Positions 47,609 to 57,804 of a DNA stretch of 57,804 nucleotides are shown here, piece after piece (positions within the stretch are counted from its first letter, which is position 1; each line of letters opens with the position of its first letter). This stretch comes from Planctomycetales bacterium (lineage in GTDB: Bacteria > Planctomycetota > Planctomycetia > Pirellulales > JAEUIK01). Under the pieces are notes generated by a model. It made no database searches and had not been told where the DNA came from. It saw nothing but the letters and a program-made list of their open reading frames with translations. Where the stretch lies: positions 1 through 57,804 of the forward strand of contig JAGQPT010000011.1 of the NCBI GenBank assembly GCA_020426575.1. The letters run 5' to 3'. A program made the position numbers and the translations under genes.

Positions 47609-49147
47609 TTAACGCCCCACGCCGGCATAGCGAATGCCGCTCAGGTCGGCCATGTCGCGCTTCCAGGTCACCAGGTCGCTCGGTTGAAAACCGGCGAGGT
47701 GCGAGTGGCCGCACGCTCGCGCCATCACCTGCATCAGCTCAGTCGACGCCTGCAGAAGACGCGCCAACTGTTCGGCGGAACGCTCGACGTTCAGCCGAGC
47801 CCTCAAGTCCGGGCGCTGTGTCGCCACGCCGGCGGGACAGTTGTTGGTATTGCAGATGCGCGCCGCGACACAGCCGATCGCGTGCAGGGCGGTGTTGGCA
47901 ATTGCGACGCCGTCGGCGCCGAGACAGAGCGCCTTGATGAAATCGGCCGGTGTGCGCAGCCCTCCGGTGATGATCAAGGTCACGTCGTCGCACTGGAGTC
48001 GGTCGAGATGGCGGCGGGCCCGGGCCAGCGCGGGAATCGTCGGTACCGAGATGTTGTCGCGGAAAATCAAGGGGGCCGCCCCGGTACCTCCACCACGACC
48101 ATCGAGAATGATGTAGTCGGCCGACGCCGCCAGGGCGAAGTCAATATCGTCCTCGACGTGCTGCGCCGACAACTTGAACCCGATGGGAATGCCGCCGGTC
48201 AGCTCGCGCACGCGATCGGCAAAGCGACGAAAGTCGTCCGACGTGGTCAGGTCGGCGAACGTCGGCGGCGAGATGGCCGGTTGCCCCTCTTCGAGGCAAC
48301 GCACCTCGGCGATCTTTCCGGTCACCTTGTTGCCGGGCAGATGTCCACCCGTGCCGGTCTTGGCCCCTTGACCCCCTTTGAAGTGGAAGGCCTGCACGCG
48401 CGCGAGCAGTTCCTCGTGGTAGCCGAACTTCGCGGAAGCGAGTTCATAAAAATACCGCGAGTTGGCCTGCTGTTCCTCGGGCAGCATGCCGCCCTCGCCG
48501 CTGCAGATGCCCGTGCCGGCCGCTTCCGCCCCCCGTGCCAGCGCCGTCTTGGCTTCTTGCGACAACGCCCCGAAGCTCATGTCCGAAACCAGTAGCGGCA
48601 TCTCCAGGCGCAAGGGACGCTGGGCACGCGGACCGACGATCAGTTCGGTGCCGACCGCAGCATCGTCCATCAACGGCTTCGTGGCCAGTTGAGCCGTCAC
48701 GATCTGGATGTCGTCCCAGTGGGGCAACTGCGACCGCGGTACTCCCATCGCAGCCAGTTCGCCGTGGTGGCCTGTTTTACTGAGTCCGTCGCGCGCCAGC
48801 GCGCGAATCATCGTCAGTTGAGGTTCCTCGGGGGTGTCCACTGCCGACGGTTGCTGATTGTCGGCTGCTGGTTCGTTACCCGACGGCAACGGCAATGCGT
48901 CGGCGCCGGCCGGCAACCGGGAGTGCGTGCCGTCGCAGTAGGGCGGACCGGCCGTTTGCTTGCACATGCACAACCAGGCGTCCTCGGCCGAATCGACCGT
49001 GAACGCCAGGGGCGCGATGCCGGTGCCGCGGTGCGAACCATCGCAGAACGGCTGATTCGCTGACCGCCCGCAGGCGCACCAGTGGTACTCGCCCGGTTCT
49101 AGCTGTAGCTGCCTCGGTTGTCGGTCGGCAATCTTTGCTTCGCTCAT
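47609..49147 (-). CDS. FMN-binding glutamate-synthase-family (GltB domain 2-like) protein with two N-terminal CDGSH iron-sulfur motifs
   Basis: Trimmed to ATG 49147. The CDGSH motifs are CACGRSANQPFCDGSH and CMCKQTAGPPYCDGTH. The TIM-barrel part has FKGGQGAKTGTGGHLPG, ILDGRGGGTGAAP and IITGGLRT. Confidence 0.88.
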   Translation of the reverse strand: MSEAKIADRQPRQLQLEPGEYHWCACGRSANQPFCDGSHRGTGIAPLAFTVDSAEDAWLCMCKQTAGPPYCDGTHSRLPAGADALPLPSGNEPAADNQQPSAVDTPEEPQLTMIRALARDGLSKTGHHGELAAMGVPRSQLPHWDDIQIVTAQLATKPLMDDAAVGTELIVGPRAQRPLRLEMPLLVSDMSFGALSQEAKTALARGAEAAGTGICSGEGGMLPEEQQANSRYFYELASAKFGYHEELLARVQAFHFKGGQGAKTGTGGHLPGNKVTGKIAEVRCLEEGQPAISPPTFADLTTSDDFRRFADRVRELTGGIPIGFKLSAQHVEDDIDFALAASADYIILDGRGGGTGAAPLIFRDNISVPTIPALARARRHLDRLQCDDVTLIITGGLRTPADFIKALCLGADGVAIANTALHAIGCVAARICNTNNCPAGVATQRPDLRARLNVERSAEQLARLLQASTELMQVMARACGHSHLAGFQPSDLVTWKRDMADLSGIRYAGVGR

Positions 49148-49236
49148 TGCGCGTCTCGCGGTTTCGTGCACGGTTCGGTCGTAGGTTACGCATGGCCTCG
49201 GCGCCCGCAAAGCGTAGCGGCACCGTGGCGGTCAGC

Positions 49237-50037
49237 TCAACTGCTGTACAGCGGGTAGTCGACTCGGCTGGGAACTTCCACGACAAAGAGCCGCAGTTGC
49301 CGCGAGGCGTCGGCAGAAAAGGTGACCACCGTTTCGCGCTCGGCGCGGACGACGACAAAGTCGCGTGTCGCCACCGATTCCTGTTCCTCGCTGGCGACAG
49401 GATCAGCAACATCGACGCCGCCGTTGCCGTCGATGACCACCGCCGCAATGCTGCGACCCGCCATCAGCGTCACGCCGTGTTGTCGGCCGGGCTCAATAGT
49501 AACGTCCGTGGCCTGTGCGTCGGCGACGAGCTGTGCCGGTGCTCCCGGGCCCAACACCGACTTCAACCTGACACCGTCGCGGACGGCTACCGGGAACTCG
49601 TCGGCGGCAATTTCGCGATACGTCGGCGCGCGCGTGACCGCCTTGGCCAGGTGCGGTTCGAACCAGATCTGAAAGAATTCGCTGCCGTCGCCAAACACGC
49701 GCTCTTCATGCGCAACGCCCGAGCCGGTCTGCATCAACTGTGCGCCGCCGGCGGCGACACGGCTGCGGGTTCCCAGCGTGTCGTAGTGGCCCAGTTCACC
49801 CGCCAGCACGTAGCTGATGATCTCGAACCCCTTGTGGGGGTGCAGGCCGATGACGGCGTCGTCGTGACTGGTTGCCCAAGCCCAGTAGAACAACGGTCCG
49901 ACGCGGGACACTGCCGACTTCTCACCGGGAAAGCCGATCGGTTTTGTTTCCGTGATCTTGCCGCCGTCGAAGGCGCCTGTGCCCTGCTGCTCGACGCGAT
50001 AGACACTCAAGACGGGTTGCTGCGTTGTGGACGTCAT
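49237..50037 (-). CDS. pirin family protein
   Basis: Trimmed to ATG 50037, which follows GGAGAA. It has the cupin metal site GLHPHKGFEIISYVLAGE and a bicupin length of 266 aa. Confidence 0.92.
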   Translation of the reverse strand: MTSTTQQPVLSVYRVEQQGTGAFDGGKITETKPIGFPGEKSAVSRVGPLFYWAWATSHDDAVIGLHPHKGFEIISYVLAGELGHYDTLGTRSRVAAGGAQLMQTGSGVAHEERVFGDGSEFFQIWFEPHLAKAVTRAPTYREIAADEFPVAVRDGVRLKSVLGPGAPAQLVADAQATDVTIEPGRQHGVTLMAGRSIAAVVIDGNGGVDVADPVASEEQESVATRDFVVVRAERETVVTFSADASRQLRLFVVEVPSRVDYPLYSS

Positions 50038-50089
50038 GGGAAAGTTCTCCTGCATTTCACCGCGGGGCTCCGAATCTGGACACCCTGAA

Positions 50090-50120
50090 ATCATCACGCA
50101 AAACGATAGTTGTTACAACA
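50090..50120 (-). promoter_or_regulatory. putative pirin promoter (TTGTAA-N17-GATGAT) with operator-like motif ATAGTTGTTACAACA (50106..50120)
   Basis: The minus strand reads TTGTAACAACTATCGTTTTGCGTGATGAT. This aligns position-for-position with the marR promoter (TTGACACAACTATTGTTCAAACGATATAAT). Confidence 0.45.
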
Positions 50121-50173
50121 GATATATGGTCAGCGTTTGATAGCTTTCGCGTTTCTTGTCTAAAGCTCTGGCA

Positions 50174-50671
50174 TTACGGCTCTGGCGTCGCGAGCGCCCG
50201 CTGCTCGGCGACCTGGCGCGCCTTGACCAGCAACCGGTTCAATTCGCGCATCTCCTCGCGGGTCAGATGACCGAGTTCCTCGCGGTGCAACTCGGCGACC
50301 GGTTTGTCCAGGCGGTCGACCAACTTGAGGCCGCTACGGCTGATCACCACGTTGACGACACGGCGGTCGGCGTCGGAGCGGCGGCGTGCCACCCAACCGG
50401 CCCGTTCCAGCCGATCGATGAGCCGGGTGACGTCGGGCTCGCGGGTCACCATGCGCTGCCCGATCTGGCTGCAGGGCAAGCCCTGGGCGCCGACGCCGCG
50501 GAGGATGCGGAGGATGTTGTAGAGCGGCGCACTGAGGTCGTGCCGCTTGAACAACTGAGCGAGGGGCCCGGCCAGCACGCCGTGCGTCCGCTGCACGTTC
50601 AGGTAGACCTCTTCCTCGGGGACGGCAAACCCGTGTCTCTTGTTGAGCTGCTGTTGGAGGGTTTTTGTCAT
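50174..50671 (-). CDS. MarR family transcriptional regulator
   Basis: 165 aa with a winged HTH: LSAPLYNILRILRGVG..GLPCSQIGQRMVTREPDVTRLIDRLERAGWVARRRSDADRRVV. Confidence 0.92.
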   Translation of the reverse strand: MTKTLQQQLNKRHGFAVPEEEVYLNVQRTHGVLAGPLAQLFKRHDLSAPLYNILRILRGVGAQGLPCSQIGQRMVTREPDVTRLIDRLERAGWVARRRSDADRRVVNVVISRSGLKLVDRLDKPVAELHREELGHLTREEMRELNRLLVKARQVAEQRALATPEP

Positions 50672-50726
50672 TGCGATACCTGGTTGCCCCAGTGGGCCGA
50701 CTCCCGAACGTGTGCTTGCCTGGGGT

Positions 50727-50758
50727 ATTATATCGTTTGAACAATAGTTGTGTCAACA
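50727..50758 (-). promoter_or_regulatory. consensus sigma-70 promoter of marR (TTGACA-N18-TATAAT) overlapped by operator-like motif ATAGTTGTGTCAACA (50744..50758)
   Basis: The plus strand shows ATTATA at 50727..50732 and TGTCAA at 50751..50756. The inverted repeat GTTG-N3-CAAC is centred on the -35 hexamer. Confidence 0.55.
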
Positions 50759-50811
50759 TATATTTTTCGAGGGGGGCAAGGGGGCTCCGCCTGGTTGCAT
50801 GGGCCGTCGAG

Positions 50812-52731
<1,920 letters not shown>

Positions 52732-52956
52732 GCCTATGACTTACCCCGGGGTGCCAATAAAGGAGGACAATTGCTCGCGCCGGCGGACACGGTCGGCATA
52801 TTCCATGCACGTGCCACTGTCGTTGCCCCCGTCGCCCTAGCGCATGACGACGGAGGCAGGGGGACGTCAGCCGTTCTTTGCGGCGACGTCGTCGGCGCCG
52901 ATAGGCGGGGACACAGCATGGGAACGCACCGCAGTGTCGCGTAGCATCGCCCAAGT

Positions 52957-54006
52957 TCAAAACCCTTTCCCCTTCGTGTTGGTCTTGATGCGGCAGAAGT
53001 GCGAGTCGGCGGTCATGTAGAGGACCGTGCCGTCCTCGCCCCAGCCGCAGTTGGCGGTCCGCTCGCCCGTGCTGATGCGGCCCAGCAGTTCGCCTTTCGG
53101 CGTGAACACGTAAACGCCGCCGGGCCCCGTGGCGAAAAGGTTGCCGTTGACGTCGACCTTCAGACCATCCGGAGCACCGGGAAGTTTGCCCATCTGCTCG
53201 GTGGCGTCGTAGAAGACGCGGCCGTTGGCGATGCTGCCGTCGTCCTCGACGTCGAACGCCATCCAGACGGCGCGCTCGCCATCGCTGTTGGCAACGTAGA
53301 GCGTCTTCTCGTCGGGCGAAAAGGCAATGCCGTTCGGGCGGCTCATCTCGTCGGTGAGCAGCGTGACCGTGCCGTCGGGGTCGAGCCGATAGACGCCCTG
53401 GAAGGTGAGTTCCTTGGCCGGATCGTCGACGCCGCCTTCGAGCCCGTAGGGCGGGTCGGTGAAGTAAAGCGCGCCGGACGAGTGGAACACACCGTCGTTG
53501 GGGCTGTTGAATCGTTTGCCGTTGTAGCGATCGGCCAGCGTGACGTGCTCGCCGTCTTTGTTGATGCGGCCGATGCGACGATCGCCGTGTTCGCAAAGCA
53601 CGAGCCGTCCTTCGCTGTCGACGAGCAGGCCGTTCGAGCCGGGTTCGCCGCCGCGGCCTTTCTCACCGGTGTAGCCAGCCGGCTTGAGGAACTCGCTGAG
53701 GCCGTCGGCCTGGCACCAGCACATCACGCGGTTGTTGGGGATATCGGAAAAGAGCATGTAGCCGCCGTCAGCAATCCAGACGGGCCCCTCGCTCCAGGCG
53801 AAGCCGCTGGCGAGCTTTTCGATCTTCGCCGTGGGCGAAACGAGTTCGTCGAAACGAGGATCGAGACGGACCAGTTCGCCCATCGTCTCATACGACTTGT
53901 CACCGGCGCGGGCGCCATCCACGTTCAAAGCAGCCAGCACGGCGGCAAGCCCCAGGTAAATGAAGAAACCGTTTAGCGTCGATGCGGTGATGGTCGAAGC
54001 GGTCAT
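52957..54006 (-). CDS. SMP-30/gluconolactonase/LRE family protein (secreted)
   Basis: Trimmed to ATG 54006, which follows GAGGA, and it has a signal peptide. Family motifs are EGPVW, NSPNDGV, PNGIAFSPDEKTLYVA and PDGLKVD. Confidence 0.88.
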   Translation of the reverse strand: MTASTITASTLNGFFIYLGLAAVLAALNVDGARAGDKSYETMGELVRLDPRFDELVSPTAKIEKLASGFAWSEGPVWIADGGYMLFSDIPNNRVMCWCQADGLSEFLKPAGYTGEKGRGGEPGSNGLLVDSEGRLVLCEHGDRRIGRINKDGEHVTLADRYNGKRFNSPNDGVFHSSGALYFTDPPYGLEGGVDDPAKELTFQGVYRLDPDGTVTLLTDEMSRPNGIAFSPDEKTLYVANSDGERAVWMAFDVEDDGSIANGRVFYDATEQMGKLPGAPDGLKVDVNGNLFATGPGGVYVFTPKGELLGRISTGERTANCGWGEDGTVLYMTADSHFCRIKTNTKGKGF

Positions 54007-54275
54007 GAATCGTCCTCTGGCGGATGGAGTAACGTGAGCTGGTGCGACGGGGGCGGGGAAACGGCAGGCCCGGTCCGCGATTTGTCCGCTACGAGTGTAC
54101 CACGACCGCAGGGGCAATGCCCCCAGTCACGGTGCCGCCCGTCGCGGAGCAAAGCGTGGCGATCCAGGCGGGTTGACGCCGTTTCCGCAGCGGCGCCATA
54201 CTCGCGGCGTGCGGCCCGCCATTGCGGGCAAGCGGCGGACGCTTGCCCGCGACACCGTTACCAAGGGAGACGACG

Positions 54276-55601
54276 ATGCAGGGAGCCGCGGGTGTGCCTG
54301 ACCCCCAAGACGTGGTCGTAGCAACCTTGGGCGATCGCCGCGTGGCGAGTCCGCTCAAGCTGTCGCCGATCTCAGGCGACGGCATCGGCAACTTCGTGCC
54401 CGATTCGGCCCGGGTGCGTTATCAGATTGAAACGCCGGTCGAGAACGCCGCACTGGAAGACGTGTGGCTGGAAAAGGCGGGTCCCCGCCAGCAGCTTTTT
54501 TTCGACCCCGCTCAGGTGCGGGCCGCCATCGTCACCTGCGGCGGACTCTGCCCGGGCCTCAACAACGTGGTCCGCGCGATCTTCCTCGAGTTGTTCCATA
54601 ACTACGGCGTGCGCGACGTGCTGGGAATTCGCTTCGGCTACCAGGGGCTCAACCCAGCGGTCGGCCACCCGCCGGTGCAGCTCACGCCCGACTTCGTCTC
54701 GGACATCCACACGCGGGGAGGCACGGTGCTGGGGTCGTCGCGCGGCGGACAACCGGCGGACGTGGTCGTCGATTTTCTCGTCGCCGAGCGGATCAATTGC
54801 CTGTTCTGCATCGGCGGCGACGGCACCCAACGCGGTGCCCATGCGATCGCCGAAGAAGTGGGGCGGCGCGGCTTGGCGATTTCGGTCATCGGCATTCCCA
54901 AGACGATCGATAACGATTTGATGTACGCCACGCGAACGTTCGGTTTCGCCACCGCGCTGGAGGTGGCCAGCGAGGTGATCGACTGCGCACACGCCGAAGC
55001 CCGCGGTGTGCCCGCCGGTATCGGACTGGTGAAGCTGATGGGGCGGGGCGCCGGTTACATCGCCGCGGCCGCGGCGGTTGCTAGCCAGGACGTCAATTTC
55101 GTCGTGATCCCGGAAACGCCGCTTGTGCTCGATGGCGAGAACGGCCTGCTGGCGGCACTGGAGCATCGCCTCCGTGAGCGCGATCATGCCGTCGTCGTGG
55201 TTGCCGAAGGCGCCGGACAAGACCTCTTTGCCGGCGAGCCCCACGAGCACGACGCCTCGGGGAACGTCCGGCTGCACGACGTCGGCCTGTTCGTGCGCGA
55301 CCGCATCAAGGCCCATTTTGCCGCGGCCGGCATGGCCGTGTCCCTCAAATACATCGATCCCAGCTACGTGATTCGCAGTGTGCGTGCCAACTCGGCCGAC
55401 GCCGTGCTTTGCAGCCAGTTGGGCCGACGCGCCGTGCACGCGGCCATGGCCGGCAAGACCGACATGATGGTCGGTCACTGGAACAACGTCTTCATCCACG
55501 CACCGATCCCGCTGGTGGTGAGCCAGCCACGCCGCGTCGACCTGGAGGGGGAACTCTGGCAGAGCGTGATGTCGTCGACGGGTCAGCCGCGCTGGTCCTA
55601 G
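54276..55601 (+). CDS. pfkA: 6-phosphofructokinase (long PfkA/Pfp-type)
   Basis: Trimmed to ATG 54276, which follows AAGGGAGA. Motifs are TCGGLCPGLNNVVRA, IGGDGTQRGA, GIPKTIDNDL and MGRGAGYIA. Confidence 0.92.
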   Translation: MQGAAGVPDPQDVVVATLGDRRVASPLKLSPISGDGIGNFVPDSARVRYQIETPVENAALEDVWLEKAGPRQQLFFDPAQVRAAIVTCGGLCPGLNNVVRAIFLELFHNYGVRDVLGIRFGYQGLNPAVGHPPVQLTPDFVSDIHTRGGTVLGSSRGGQPADVVVDFLVAERINCLFCIGGDGTQRGAHAIAEEVGRRGLAISVIGIPKTIDNDLMYATRTFGFATALEVASEVIDCAHAEARGVPAGIGLVKLMGRGAGYIAAAAAVASQDVNFVVIPETPLVLDGENGLLAALEHRLRERDHAVVVVAEGAGQDLFAGEPHEHDASGNVRLHDVGLFVRDRIKAHFAAAGMAVSLKYIDPSYVIRSVRANSADAVLCSQLGRRAVHAAMAGKTDMMVGHWNNVFIHAPIPLVVSQPRRVDLEGELWQSVMSSTGQPRWS

Positions 55602-55868
55602 CGATCCCGCGAGAGGCCTGAGCCTTCCGACGCCGCGCGGGACGTTTGGCCGCGCGGATGGGGCGAACTGCTAGCTGCCCAAGCCGACATTGCTCCGATC
55701 CGGCGCATGGGGCTATGATGCTCGCCGCCCAGGGCCCCAAGGGACCGCTTCAGACGCGATCCCCTCGGCTCACGACGGCCGGTTAGCCGGCTACAGGGCC
55801 CCCGTCATTCGCCCTCTTCTCACATCCACGCGCCAGGTCGCGGCTGGCACGAATCGGAGCAACCGACG

Positions 55869-56633
55869 ATGAGCGAGAAATCCGCCGAGCCTGGTTCGCT
55901 GGTCGTGCTGCTGCGAGCCCTGGTGATGTTCGTTTTCCTCGTAGGTCTGCCGGGCGTAGCGGTGATCAAGGGATCGTTTCCGGAGCTGGCCGACCGTCTG
56001 GCCGTGCGGGGCCGCGAAGTCCTTGCTGCGCTAACGGCTCAAGTCTCGCAGGCCCACGGTGCGGCCAGCACGACCCAAGAAACCGGCGAAGCGACGCTAC
56101 GGACCGAATTCGCGCCGATGACGATCCAGTCGGACCAACCCGCACCGTCGATACCGCCGGAGTTCGCGGCTCAGATGCCCCAGCCCGGTCCGGTGCCGTT
56201 ACCGACCGGGTTGCCTGAACCCATGCCGATCGGCGATCACTCGATGACGACGGCCGATGCCCTTGCCGTTCAAGGCTTCGCCGCCGTTCCCGGCCGTTCC
56301 CTGCCGGCCGGTTATGGCGCGGCCATCGACGTGCCGTCGGGCGGCGACGCCGCCTACGCGGTTCCTGAGGCGACTGGTGTGGGTCCCGCCGCGCCGCTGG
56401 ACCCGCAGCTCGCCGAGCGACTGACGGGCGTGCTCCGCGATAATGGTGCGACATATTACCGGCTCGAGCGCTGGGGTGACGACGGTCGACTGTACCGGTT
56501 TCAGTGCAAAATGGCCGTCGGTGGAAATCCACAGGTGAATCGCCACTTCGAGGCGACCGATGCCGACGCCAATCGCGCCATCCAGCGGGTCGTCGAAAAC
56601 GTGCGGCAGTGGCAGCAGGTCGGCCTGCGTTAA
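55869..56633 (+). CDS. hypothetical membrane-anchored protein
   Basis: GGAG precedes the ATG. It has an N-terminal TM segment (LVVLLRALVMFVFLVGLPGVAVI), a Pro-rich linker and a compact C-terminal domain (ATYYRLERWGDDGRLYRFQCKMAV...). Confidence 0.55.
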   Translation: MSEKSAEPGSLVVLLRALVMFVFLVGLPGVAVIKGSFPELADRLAVRGREVLAALTAQVSQAHGAASTTQETGEATLRTEFAPMTIQSDQPAPSIPPEFAAQMPQPGPVPLPTGLPEPMPIGDHSMTTADALAVQGFAAVPGRSLPAGYGAAIDVPSGGDAAYAVPEATGVGPAAPLDPQLAERLTGVLRDNGATYYRLERWGDDGRLYRFQCKMAVGGNPQVNRHFEATDADANRAIQRVVENVRQWQQVGLR

Positions 56634-56821
56634 TTATCTCGAGCTCGCCGCAGGGAACGCCGGGGCGACGGGAGTTTGGCGGCGGACAGCGCGCCGAACA
56701 TCATCGACGGCGCCAAAGGGGTTGCCAGAATCGCCGCCTGGGCCGTAAGGTGTGCGGTAGCGCCACGGATGAACCGGCTCGGCGGACTTTTCGACGCCTT
56801 CCCATCGGGGAAACCTGTGCG

Positions 56822-57804
56822 ATGCGAGGAGCACGATTCTCGACCCCGAGGGTCCTCGGCGGCGCGACGTCGCGTTTTCTCCACCCCCTCGCCGCGGCAT
56901 CGCGCGGGCTCAGTACGTCGACCCGGCTGGTGACGATCGCCTGGCCGGCGGCCGACACGGCTCCGCCGGAAAACCTGGAATTCGACGCCGACGGAAATGA
57001 GCACCGCCGGGCCCGCGTTGAAGCCGTCCTGCTGGTGGCGCGAGAGCCGCTCACGAGCCGGAAACTGGCCCAATTAGCCAACTTGGCAGACGGCACCGAA
57101 GCACGTACATTAGTTCGCCAACTGAACAATGTTTTGACGGCCGACCGCAGCGCGTATCGGGTCGAAGAGGTGGCGGGCGGATATCAGTTGCTAACGCGCC
57201 CGGAATTTGCCAGGTGGCTGCGGCAGTTGCAGCAGCGACCCGACGAAACTCGGCTGTCGGCCCCCGCGTTGGAAACCCTGTCGGTCGTGGCGTATCGACA
57301 ACCTGCTTTACGGGCCGAAGTCGAGGCGATTCGCGGGGTGCAATGCGGCGAGATGCTCAGGCAATTGATGGAGCGGGACATGGTGAGAATTGTTGGTCGG
57401 AGCGATGAACTGGGCCGACCATTTCTATACGGCACAACAAAACGGTTTCTGCAAGTGTTTGGTCTTCGTCACCTCGATGAGTTGCCTCGCGCGGAAGTGC
57501 TGCGCGGTCGCGGGACGATTGCCGACGACACCGAAGAAACAATCACCGAGGAAGCAATGAATCTGGGAGTTGATCAAAAGGAGTCCGATGTGAACGTCGC
57601 CCGCTTCGTACCGTCTGATGACCCGGCGGAACTCGTCGCCACGTTGGCGCCGCCGGCCGATGAACTCGTCGCCGTCGATGAAGACTATGACGACGAGTAC
57701 GAGGACGAAGAAGAAGATGATGATGAAGATGACGATGAGTACGAAGACGAAGAGGATGATGAAGAATACGACGACGATGAAGAGTATGAAGACGAAGAAG
57801 AAGA
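56822..57804 (+). CDS. scpB: segregation and condensation protein B, 3'-truncated by the window end, with a long acidic Asp/Glu/Tyr tail
   Basis: It is not in the ORF track because no stop occurs before the window end. My translation gives ...VEAVLLVAREPLTSRKLAQLA...YRVEEVAGGYQLLTRPEF...LSAPALETLSVVAYRQPALRAEVEAIRGVQCGEMLRQLMERDMVRIVGRSDELGRPFLYGTTKRFLQVFGL..LDELP. The start is uncertain: ATG 56822 or GTG 56930. Confidence 0.8.
   Translation, partial: MRGARFSTPRVLGGATSRFLHPLAAASRGLSTSTRLVTIAWPAADTAPPENLEFDADGNEHRRARVEAVLLVAREPLTSRKLAQLANLADGTEARTLVRQLNNVLTADRSAYRVEEVAGGYQLLTRPEFARWLRQLQQRPDETRLSAPALETLSVVAYRQPALRAEVEAIRGVQCGEMLRQLMERDMVRIVGRSDELGRPFLYGTTKRFLQVFGLRHLDELPRAEVLRGRGTIADDTEETITEEAMNLGVDQKESDVNVARFVPSDDPAELVATLAPPADELVAVDEDYDDEYEDEEEDDDEDDDEYEDEEDDEEYDDDEEYEDEEE

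Overview
This is a high-GC bacterial chromosome segment with about 50 supportable genes. I infer a Planctomycetota (Pirellulales-like) host from the gene content: PEP-CTERM plus dockerin-like surface proteins, a giant PATR-repeat protein and many signal-peptide orphans. Positions 1..~7180 are the right-hand part of an integrative element inserted at the 3' end of tRNA-Val(GAC). It carries orphan ORFs, small Xis-like HTH proteins, an AEP-primase/SF3-helicase (P4 type) and a tyrosine integrase whose ORF reads into the tRNA; its left end is outside the window. The remainder looks like core chromosome: thrS, infC (without rpmI-rplT), a 1367-aa PEP-CTERM protein, panB, apt, a sigma-70 factor, rpsA, an MrfA/YprA-like helicase, RidA, a GT9 glycosyltransferase, an M28 peptidase, a FAD/Fe-S oxidase, a marR-pirin-CDGSH/GltS-like operon, asnB, an SMP-30 lactonase, pfk and scpB. 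scpB runs off the 3' end, so it is missing from the ORF track. I saw no rRNA, CRISPR array, transposase or recognisable defence system. The items most worth follow-up are (1) the satellite-like island and its orphan cargo, (2) two adjacent secreted proteins with Gly/Tyr/Trp-rich C-termini, (3) a single-chain double retropepsin-like protein with a dockerin-like/PEP-CTERM tail, (4) a duplicated promoter/operator architecture linking marR and pirin/CDGSH-GltS, (5) twin perfect 14-bp palindromes plus 13-bp iterons upstream of ridA, and (6) recurrent 13-17 bp tandem duplications in intergenic DNA, one array spanning the thrS stop codon. All product calls come from motif recognition by eye, and no database search was run. 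Many ORF-track entries are antisense or extended artefacts of high GC, so I trimmed or rejected them.
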